Positions 1 to 9,380 of a stretch of 16,205 bases of DNA are shown one piece after another (position 1 is the stretch's first letter; the number at the start of each line of letters is the position of its first letter). The stretch spans positions 1 to 16,205 of the forward strand of contig JBHGNT010000758.1 of the NCBI GenBank assembly GCA_043228905.1. Direction: 5' to 3'. The notes beneath the pieces are model-generated. The model made no database searches, had not been told where the DNA came from, and saw only the letters and a list, made by a program, of their open reading frames with translations. The translations under genes were made by a program, and so were the position numbers. The stretch is from Azolla caroliniana (lineage: Eukaryota; Plantae; Polypodiophyta).

Positions 1-398
1 AACAATGTGGACACGACCTAGACATGAGCAACACAGACCGAGGCATGGTCCATGTGAGAGCAATGTGTGTGTGTGTTATAACAGCCCACGACCCCTCTCC
101 TGAGGGTGAGAGGCCTACCTCTTGTTGCCTTAAGGTCCTGAAGCAATTATATCGGGGCACCAACAAGAGATTTATGGTCGGTGGACACAGGACAGGACAG
201 GTGAGATGAGAGCATATGAAGAGTAGATTAGACTCTAGAGTAAGGAAGGGGGCAGCACTTTCTGTATATATTTTGAGAAGGGCAAAAGAGGAAGGGGGAG
301 AGGAGGGGTATCAGCATAGAAATATCATCATGTATAGCATAATTTCTTGAAAGGAAGGAGGAGAGAAGGGTATTCTTACAATTTACTATTAGCATAGA

Positions 399-433
<35 letters not shown>

Positions 434-541
434 TATATCATATATGTATGCATGCATGCATGCATGCATGTATGTATGTATGTATATATATGTATACAGT
501 ATATGTATGTATATACATATATGTGTACATATGTATATGTA
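399..541. repeat. Compound (TATG)n/(ATGC)n/(TA)n microsatellite
   Basis: Directly visible; almost entirely alternating purine-pyrimidine. Confidence 0.95.
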
Positions 542-692
542 GCATATTTCTTGTCTGTGATTCCCATGGCCACAAGGAATATACCCCCATTCCCTTCCCT
601 TCCTTACCATCCATCTCCCAAATCATGGAATAATAATGTGCAGAAGAGGAAGAGAGAGTCAGTCCACTTGGCATAACAGACAAAGACACAGA

Positions 693-693
<1 letters not shown>

Positions 694-736
<43 letters not shown>
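694..736. repeat. (AC)~21 microsatellite
   Basis: Perfect dinucleotide run. Confidence 0.97.
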
Positions 737-737
<1 letters not shown>

Positions 738-777
738 GAGGCCCTTTGCTCTGCAATCCCCTGCATATAAGGTATGT

Positions 778-798
778 GTTTGTTTGTTTGTTTGTTTG
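778..798. repeat. (GTTT)5 microsatellite
   Basis: gtttgtttgtttgtttgtttg. Confidence 0.9.
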
Positions 799-873
799 AA
801 ATCTATCTCTACCTTTCTGCTTCCCACATCACTTGAGTCGTTAGTTAGTTGGAGATTGTCACCATCCTACCAA

Positions 874-952
874 TCTTAACCCTAACCCTAACCCTAACCC
901 TTGCCCTAACCCTTGCCCTAACTCCAACCCCAACCTTAACCCTAACCCTTAA
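874..952. repeat. Telomere-like hexamer array (CCCTAA)n, ~13 units with variants
   Basis: Six perfect CCCTAA units interspersed with CCCTTG, CTCCAA, CCCCAA and CCTTAA in 6-nt register. Confidence 0.9.
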
Positions 953-1173
953 TGCTTTAATGCCAATACCTATTTCGAATGTGATTAATGTCCTTCCTTC
1001 ATTGGCCAAGAAGTTGTGGCTGCGCACCTTTTCTATCAATGCTAGCCCTAACCCGCTGATCCCGATCGCATCATGTTTGTAAAGGTATGATTAATGTGCT
1101 ATTTTCCACCAAAACAAAAAGTCTTTTTCTTCTTCGGCTTCCTCTTTCCTGAGAAGCTTTAGCTTGTGATCAT

Positions 1174-1280
1174 ACCTCTAATCCTTACCCTAACTCAAAT
1201 CCAAATCCCAATCCCAATACCAACGCCAAGTCTAACCTAACCTTAGCCCTTATCCTAAGCCTAACTCTAAGCTAAGCCTA
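1174..1280. repeat. Second, more degenerate CCCTAA-like hexamer block
   Basis: ~6-nt periodic units such as ccctaa, cccaat, tctaac, ccttag, tcctaa, gcctaa, ctctaa. Confidence 0.7.
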
Positions 1281-1509
1281 CTCCTGTTTCAAAACCCTAG
1301 CACCTTGACATCGCCCCTATTCAAGAGGGAAGGGGGTCATTGTGAACTATGAAACCTTGGATCCATATGAGTATTAATACGCCATGATGTGCTGTGCATC
1401 TTGCACAACACCACCCTCAATGGTTGATCTTGGGCATATGGCAAACTTCCATGGATCCTCCATTTACTTCCAAAATTAATGTCTTGCTTCGACTTTGGTC
1501 ACTCTAGAC

Positions 1510-4500
1510 ATGAACCCGATAACTTCTGATTTGTTGGCTCATGTAGAGCCTCGAATGCAACGTACTCACCATAAAAATCATGTTTTCAGTGAAACATTTG
1601 GGCATATTGACCCAGCCTTATCAGTCAAGCCATCGAAAGATACCCAAGTTGCACCCAAAATAGGTGAAACTATACCGTCCCTCTTTGGGCAGGGTCTCTC
1701 TCCTAGACCTGGAGTTTTTAGCACGAGGTCATGCTTTAAGTTCTTGTGTAGCTTTGGTGGTAGAATCATGATTAGACCTGGAGATGGTATGCTTCGTTAC
1801 TGTGGAGGAGAAACACGAATTATTGCACTAGATCGGAACCTCAGTTACAGGGAGTTTATTTTGAAAATGGCTGAAATATATTCTACATATACCATTCTTA
1901 AGTATCAGTTGCCAGGAGAGGATTTGGACGCTCTTGTATCTGTCTCATCTGATGAGGACTTGCAAAATTTGATCGATGAATATGATAAGCTTGAATCCAA
2001 TCATAGTATGACACGGCTAAGGTTATTCTTGTTTGATGATCCATCACAATGTGAGATTGTCAATTGTTGTATCACCCTCGGAGCTGTTGAAGATTGCAGC
2101 CCAGAAGTGCAGTTTTACGTAGATACAATAAATGGTATCCAAGAAAGAATGTTTGATATGCATCTTGAAGAAGGTATGGACGTTATATCACCTCACCATA
2201 TTCATGAAAAGAGAACAACAAAGTATGGGCCTTTTTATTCTGCAAATCCATTTGCGAGGGCAGTATCTTCAGCCCCATCATCCCCATTGATTTCTTTGAG
2301 GCAAGCATATCATAATCCATGGGGTATTGTGGACACTCCTTTTCAAGCCTCAAAGGAATGGACAAATGCTGTTTCACCTGAAGCAACCCGAGATATTTTT
2401 GTGGATACTTCTAGCACCTTAAAGGGTCATCAAAATCAAGTATTTGTAAAAAGTCCTAAGCTACATCAAGCTAGGGATTTTTCAAGTTGGGAGGTTAATT
2501 TGAACGCAGATGATCCTGAAATGCGTATGACACAGCAATGTGAATATCATCATGGATCAAGCATTGTTACAGATACGTGGAATGATGTCAAGCATTCATG
2601 CAGTAGAATACCCCCTCAATGTCAGCCTAAAAATCACCAATTTAGTCAAGTTTCTGATCAGCTATATAGAGGAGAGGCCATGCAGTATCGTCATCTGGAG
2701 ATGTATAAACAGGGGCCCATATTTCATCCACCAGATCATGAAGCTGCACTATTTCACTGCCATGAATGTTATGCTCCATTGAAATGGACCCCTGATCTTG
2801 ATCATCAGATATCGTCATTTCAATGTCCGTCTCCATACTTGAATGTTCATGACTCACATATACAGAGTGTAACAAGTTTCTACGTGGATCCATCCTCATC
2901 TCAAGATGTTTGTACAACATGCAACCGTCATCACGAATCTTCGCAGGTACATCGAAGAATCAATGGGTCCACGACAGAATATAAACACAACAGAATCTTA
3001 TCTCATTTTGGGAATCAAGCTATCAGGAGCAATGGAGGATTATCATTTTCTTCTAGGCTACATGATGGTGTTGATCATCTGTTAGATGATAGTTCATGGC
3101 AACAACAGTCAAATAGTGTGAAAGGTTTGGAAGTAGATGAACATGATCGTAAAGTGACACATTTCATTGAGAAGAAGAATGTGCAGTATCATCTAAGTGA
3201 GTGTTCAGCAAAAGAACATGCTCCAGATTATGTTCATTATGTTTTATCTGAATTTGCACTACCGCAACATGAAACACAGAAGGAACATTGTAATTTCCCT
3301 GACTTTCATGGAAAACAAATCTTGGAACAAAAGAAACATATTCATACAGATTGTGAAGGACATTTTGAAGAGCTTACTGATCAACACCAGAATGTGGAAG
3401 TGGAAGTTCGAAACTCTTGCAAGACAAGAAAATCTTCTCATCCTTTGCAGGATCATCAAAGAGATGTAGAGTCTGTACAAAAGGCCAGGAATATTATATC
3501 AAATTCCAGAAACTCAAGGGTTCCTGGTACCAATCAAGGAGATCCCTTGGATCATCTGATTCTGGAAAGAGTCACATTTACGTTGGATGATTTACCTAAT
3601 GTTGGACATGGAATTTCTAGTTTTGGTTCAGATTCAACATCTTTGAGCTCTATCGATCATGCTGTCACTATGTCTGGGACTACTTTTCAAACCCAAGACT
3701 TGTTTGATCCTATCGCTTCTGCCAGTAAGGATCGACTGAAAAGGAATGCTGATCATGTTGTTTACCACAAGGAAAATGTGTCTCATTTGCCTGAAAAAAT
3801 CAATACACCTAAAAATGATTATTTTTGGTTAAGCATGCAGACAGATGAGGATAGTGAGGATGAAGAAATTGATGTCCGCTTGTCTTATTCTACAACTTTT
3901 AGGCCCATTAATCTGTTTGAAGACATAGATGAAAAGAGAGCTGAGTGTTTGCCTGTTTCTTCCTCAGCATATAAGGTGTCCGAAATTGGTCGTGGTTGCA
4001 GCTCATTAGATGCTAATTCCTCAGGCCGTTTCTATAAAGAAGGCTTCTCGGATTCCATTAAAGGTCAGCACATGATATCACTGTCATGGCCGAGTGGATC
4101 GCTCGGTTGGACTAATCGAAATGAATCTTCGATTACTTTTGCATCACCGGTGTTTGATCAGAGTCCAACAAGTAGCATAAACTCTAGGAATTCGTTACTT
4201 CAAAATAGTGAAGAAAGTGTTTTTCTGGATAGTGCAAATTGGATCAAGGAAGATATGTCCTTGGGAGAGGAACTCGCAAATGAGAAAGTTTCATCTGTCT
4301 TGGAGTTTTCGAATGAAAGGGCAGATGGAAAGATTGCAGAAGGGGAAGAAGATGCTATTGAAAGGCATTGCAACATGATTTTTGAAAAGGGCATAGGATC
4401 TGCTTCAAAGGAATCAACCTCACCTCTACATTCATCTAGAGAATGGAATAAGGAAGCAGGAGCAAATGCAAATATATGGGAGAAGTCCATTAGACACGAT

Positions 4501-4527
4501 CAAGTTTCAGGTGGACTATCTTCTGAG
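1510..4527 (+). CDS. Kinase coding exon 1 (PB1 domain ~1735-2035 plus long low-complexity linker)
   Basis: ATG at 1510 within the long ORF 1495-4581; phase-0 donor GAG|GTACGA after 4527. Confidence 0.88.
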
Positions 4528-7049
4528 GTACGAATTAGTGGAGTTTGTTTTTTGAACTCCGATTTTTATAATTCAATGTAGACTGTTTGTATGTTAGATT
4601 CACAACTTTTGTTGTATGCGGTAGCATTTTAGGTCTTAATTTGTGTAGATCATCTGCACCTTATCTTCTTTATAATCTCCAGAGTCTAGATGTCATTCTT
4701 TTGCTATTAAATTTAGAATCAATCCCCATATTGTGGGGGAGAAGTACATATGCTTACCGTACATTTAATATCCGTAAAGTCTTTCTTTCATTCTTTCTTC
4801 TCACTTTGATTATGCATGCACCCTAGTAGGATGAGCCCTTTTTTGGAAGCTGTCACAATGTGAGTTTCATGGTGAGAGAATTCTACCCACTTGGCAAAGG
4901 AAGGGTTAATAAGGGCTCTGTTAGCCTCATACACATGAAGAAAAAGCAACCATTAATGACGATAATATATAACAGGATATTGAGCTCTGTGCTCGTGTAA
5001 TGAAATTTCTAATGGATGAGACACAGTGAGAAGAGATCTAATGTATTATATTGTGTGCATTGCGTATAATCATCTTTGAACTTTAGGATAGCTTCAATTA
5101 AAACTGGAGAGTAAGATTCAAGCTTGTGTTCTGGCTTGCTCATGATATTTTTGTTTTACAACATTTTTTTAAATCCAGGTAAAGGAAAGTGAATCTGACA
5201 GTTTTTGCTTCCGAGAACTTAAAAAGAAGTCATCAGTTATTGAAGCTGAAGCAGAGGCTACAGCACGTGGTCTACAGGTTTAAAATTTTCATTGAAAATT
5301 TTGTAAATGTAAAATCTTGGAAGCTACAAAGTCTTATCGATTTCCCATTAAATATTGTATAGATTATAAGAAATGTTGATATTGAGGAATTGAGGGAGCT
5401 GGGATCAGGGACATATGGAACAGTTTTTTATGGCAAATGGAGAGGCTCGGATGTTGCAATAAAGCGCATCAAATCCAGCTGTTTCATTGGGTGTCGCCCC
5501 TCAGTGCAGGAGCGCTTGGTAGATTATTTTTCAAACTAAGTTAATGGTCGATCTTTTAACAACCAGAAAAACTAAGAGAAGTAAGATATCCAACAACTAT
5601 TGTTTTGTTGTGTTTCAAGTAGATTTCAGACTTCTGGAGTGAAGCTGGCACATTAAGCCAACTTCATCACCCCAATATTGTCGCATTTTATGGAGTAGTG
5701 CCTGATGGACCTGATGGTAACCTTGCAACTGTCACGGAATTCATGGTGAATGGTTCTTTGAAACAGGTTCTGATAAAGAAAGATAGGTATATTCTATAGA
5801 TATGTTTTAACTGAGATTTGCATCAACATTCTTATTGAAACTCTATTCTTATTGAAACTCTATGGGTTGTATATGATATAGAACTATTGATCGCAAAAAA
5901 CGTCTCTTAATTGCTATGGATACTGCATTTGGAATGGAGTACTTGCACAGCAAGAATGTTGTCCATTTTGACTTAAAGAGTGAAAATCTTCTTGTGAACA
6001 TGAGAGACTCAAACCGCCCAGTCTGCAAGGTATAACTCAAATGTTTTTTTTTATAATTCTGATGGCTCCATTGGCATTTTAACAGAAAACACCAAACAAC
6101 CATGCTTTCTGGATATTTACTGGAATACCCCTAAATGTTCAAACTTAACTAGAATACCCAACGTTGTACAATGTTTTCTTCCAAGGAAGGTTCTGAACTA
6201 GTAGTCCATTAGATGCTGTTCCATCTCCACTTTTGTTATGAACATGAATAACTCTGATTGGAATTCTCTAAAATTTCCTGAAAAACAATGATCATGTCTT
6301 GATCTAGCTTCCAGAGTACTCTAGGATGTTGCAAGGAAGCTAAGGGCATCATGTCCATGATCATTTATGTCTCTTGAGTGTGGAAAATGTATTGTATTGT
6401 AATGTGTTCCAGGTTGGAGATTTCGGACTTTCAAAAGTGAAACATCATACGTTGGTTTCCGGTGGTATCAGAGGAACACTTCCTTGGATGGCTCCGGAAT
6501 TGTTAAGTGAGAAGCATGCCATGGTAACGGAGAAAGTGAGTCAACAACACACATTCTTAAGAGTAAAAATAGATCGGTATGGCATTTTCCTTTTCTTCAT
6601 CAAGCATTATTTCTCATAAAAGAAACAAATTGCTGCAGATTGATGTCTACTCCTTTGGGATAGTTATGTGGGAGCTCCTTACAGGAGAGGAACCATATGC
6701 AAACATGCACTGTGGTACAATTATAGGTATACAAATATGAAATAGCAGTCTTTGAATTCATGATAATTTGGAAATTCCATTCAAAGCTCCAGGGAGATGA
6801 ATCCTTTGCATACGTCTTAAAATATGTGAGTGGATGATGCTGGAATTGTATATGATGTTTGTTCTGTTGTGTACTATAATAGGTGGCATTGTGAATAATA
6901 CATTACGTCCATTGATTCCAAACTGGAGTGACCCCAGTTGGAAACAATTGATGGAAAGGTGTTGGGCAGCTGATCCCGCAGATAGACCGAGCTTCGCAAC
7001 GATTTCTAGTGAATTAAGATCAATTGCTGCCAAAATGGACATAAAGTGA
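1510..7049 (+). CDS. PB1-domain Raf-like serine/threonine protein kinase (B4 Raf-like MAPKKK, HCR1/PRAF-like); join(1510..4527,5179..5277,5363..5518,5623..5786,5882..6029,6413..6535,6639..6726,6883..7049), ~1320 aa
   Basis: N-terminal PB1 domain ([51 protein letters not shown]). C-terminal kinase motifs assembled across exons: [84 protein letters not shown]. All introns are GT..AG and phases match; total 3963 nt. Confidence 0.93.
5179..5277 (+). CDS. Kinase coding exon 2 (VKESESD...[12 protein letters not shown])
   Basis: Acceptor tccag|, donor CAG|GTTTAA, 99 nt in frame; ends in the ..ARGLQ segment that precedes the kinase domain in this family. Confidence 0.85.
5363..5518 (+). CDS. Kinase coding exon 3 (subdomains I-II, GSGTYG / VAIK)
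   Basis: tatag|ATT...TTG|gtagat; 52 codons [52 protein letters not shown]. Confidence 0.95.
5623..5786 (+). CDS. Kinase coding exon 4 (subdomains III-V)
   Basis: [54 protein letters not shown]; donor AG|gtatat, phase 2. Confidence 0.93.
5828..5863. repeat. Perfect 17-bp tandem duplication in kinase intron 4
   Basis: ATTCTTATTGAAACTCT x2 (5828-5844, 5845-5861). Confidence 0.92.
5882..6029 (+). CDS. Kinase coding exon 5 (catalytic loop HFDLKSEN)
   Basis: [49 protein letters not shown]; atag| acceptor, AAG|gtataa donor. Confidence 0.95.
6413..6535 (+). CDS. Kinase coding exon 6 (DFG to APE activation segment)
   Basis: [41 protein letters not shown]; ttccag| acceptor, AAA|gtgagt donor. Confidence 0.95.
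6639..6726 (+). CDS. Kinase coding exon 7 (subdomain IX)
   Basis: [29 protein letters not shown]; tgcag| acceptor, G|gtatac donor, phase 1. Confidence 0.95.
6883..7049 (+). CDS. Kinase coding exon 8 (subdomains X-XI, stop TGA)
   Basis: [55 protein letters not shown]. Confidence 0.95.
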
Positions 7050-9198
7050 TGTATATACTAAATTTTCTATCATCTGGTGCAGTTAAATCTCTATCGGCAC
7101 ATATTTTGTCTTGTAATTGGTTTTTGTATGTACTTTAGTATTACAGAACATTGTTCAAGTGCTGTGTTCGTATATAACAGTACTCGATCTCATGACGTGC
7201 TCATTGGGGACATCGACCCTATTTGACAAGCCAGCAAGAGAATGGATCAACCATAAGTTTGTCGAAAAGCGTGACCAACTGTGAAGTTGCCATATACTTG
7301 GTGGACATCTCCTTCTAAAAGTTTGCATGCATGGTCCTCCGCCATAAGGAAGTTCATTTGATGGCTTTACCTCGACAACTATCAATCTAAATAAAATGAG
7401 AAGAATGTCAATGGATATAATTGATTGAGATCAAGAAACTCATAATGTGATCATTTTGTGCCGAAAATCAATATGTATGTGTGAATCACTTGAAGAACCT
7501 AGAAAGGAGCATTCACACCAAGTAAAACTAATGGAATGAGTTCTCACCCCACATCGAATGAAGAGAGTTATATTCTAAATGAGTGAACTTGACACATTAC
7601 TAACATGCTTCAACATTTTAGAGCATTGATGAAATTCAATAATCACCATGAAATATGTGCAATGTTGAACAATGCTAGTCAAATGTGAGCAATGTTGACT
7701 ATAAGACAATGGAAAGATATATTAAAGTTTTCTAAGTTTTTAAAGCCTAATCAAGAGATTACATCTCAAAATGATGTCTTATCTTTGGAATAACAAAGTA
7801 AAATAAACATAAATGTAAATACAACTGGAGTTAAGATGTGATCTATACATGTATGTCCCTTATTTAACCAACTACATCTATGTCCCTCAAGTCGTAGTTC
7901 GCCAAACTTCCACCCAATGCAATGACCAATCAACAAGTAAAAGCACCTATATCAAAGAATCAATCTCCCATTATACATACATGTATATACCTCCCTCACA
8001 TCAAGGCAGCTTGCCACCTACCTTATCTATTTATTTTCCTCCCACGTACCTCGTTAATGTCATGTCTCTTGTGCATAAATAGGAACCCCAAGCCTTGATT
8101 ACTAACTTTTTGTGCTTGGCTGTTCTGTTCTCTTGTGATTAAACTTAATCCCCTTTGTCTCAAGCACTGGCTCATTGGCCTCCTCCGTGTAGCCCAAGCC
8201 CCTAGTCTCCCTAATGTTGCACAATTGTAAAATGAAAAAGCACCATCCCAAGAAGAAAGGCCCTCAAGACCCTCCTTCATCTAGAGAGGACTTCAAAGGC
8301 CTAATGCTCGGCTTACAACTAGGCTATTTTTTATAAATCCTCACGCATCCATGTACTAAGCTTTACATCCAAGAATCTTGCTTTGATTACTTAAATCCAC
8401 CTTTAGAACAGATTCCACAAACACGAACAAATATCAACATTAATAATTTGTATAAAACACAGTATCATGTGACACCATTAGTAGATCCTTGTGATGCAAC
8501 AAGAGCTGTCAAAATGATTCAAAATAATATTGCGAACTTAGAAGCCCATATGATGGGCTTCGGCAAATCCGCCAAAACATAGTAAAACATGGATACAAAC
8601 GAAGCAAGCCATTGCAAGAAAGCTGCTTATGATGTCTCCTTGCAATCATGGGCAATAATAAATCAACTCTTAGCGATATGAAATATACAAATTGGATCAT
8701 GTTTTTGGCACTCGACCAATACATCATCAAGACAGTCGCTATACGATACAAAAGCCAAGTAGCAGTATTCGCAGCTCGGGGCTATAAAACTCTGAAAGAT
8801 ACCGCATCAAATCCAGGAGTGTGAATACAATTTCACAACTCTCCCAAATTGATAAATATGCATATAGTAGGCTCCTTGTACCTTTTCGTATATATTTTTT
8901 ATCTTTACAGCATTCTCAAACCAACGAAAACCAACGAGGTTCGTCCATCCTCTCTTAACTGTCCACCATATTGGGTATCTAAAAAACAAATCAATAAATA
9001 ATTAGAAAGAGAAGCAAAACACAACCAATTACTTGGAGCTTCACAAAAGCAGAAATAAAATTTATGAGATCATAAGTCCACTAAAAGAAATTCTATATAT
9101 TATAAGAAGTTTATAATTAAAAGAGCAGTATTCTTGTAATTTCTTGAAGTTTTGGGATGTTTCAGTGGTAAAAATACCCAGAAAAGAGCTATAGGTAT

Positions 9199-9380
9199 TT
9201 AGTGTTTTGGTCCTAATAAGAAAAGAATACCAAAGCGCACCACCACCGTCATTCCTACAACTACCTTCTGATGGTGAGCTCCTGATTCTATGAAGTCATT
9301 CATTACCCCTTTCCCCACCACTCGCTGTAGTTTCCGGCTTCTAACAACCTCTTGGCTGCAATCATTCTGCCATGCCTTTT
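9199..9380 (-). CDS. UBP penultimate or last coding exon ([20 protein letters not shown]...)
   Basis: tttgcag| acceptor in matching phase 1. It reads to TAA at 9199-9201, or may splice at 9265 or 9231 to an acceptor at 8978. Confidence 0.55.

Larger units (their letters stand above)
772..1507 (+). other. Probable 5'-UTR intron of the kinase gene
   Basis: Strong donor AAG|GTATGT at 772 (alternative AAG|GTATGA at 1085) and pyrimidine-rich acceptor ...gtcactctag| two nt before ATG 1510. Confidence 0.45.

Noticed and set aside
1-240. ORF 24-209 and weak repeats (GTGGACAC, TGAGAGCA)
   Set aside because: No homology or clear structure recognisable; possibly the edge of a repeat cut by the window.
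376-827. Overlapping ORFs 376-573, 389-610, 409-633, 413-676 and 438-827 (MYVC/YIHT/CV repeats)
   Set aside because: They are open only because they cross stop-free microsatellites; there is no protein-like content.
845-1082. ORFs with (RV)n and (LT)n dipeptide runs
   Set aside because: They are direct translations of the CCCTAA/TTAGGG hexamer array and lack true ATG starts.
1578-4490. Short antisense and alternate-frame ORFs inside kinase exon 1
   Set aside because: Shadow frames of a real coding exon, with no recognisable motifs.
1495-4581. The 1028-aa ORF as a complete standalone protein
   Set aside because: It starts at TTG and runs into intron 1. The likely start is ATG 1510, and it splices at 4527 to the kinase exons.
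4833-4918. Inverted repeat GAGCCCTT...AAGGGCTC in kinase intron 1 as a snoRNA or miRNA hairpin
   Set aside because: Only an 8-bp stem around ~70 poorly pairing nt; no box D and no convincing H/ACA layout.
7840-8317. Possible solo LTR ending ...GGCTTACA between the two genes
   Set aside because: No matching opposite terminus, target-site duplication, PBS or PPT found.
8509-8989. ORFs 8509-8751 and 8807-8989 as a separate gene
   Set aside because: No recognisable motifs; the region is better explained as the UBP last exon and 3' UTR.
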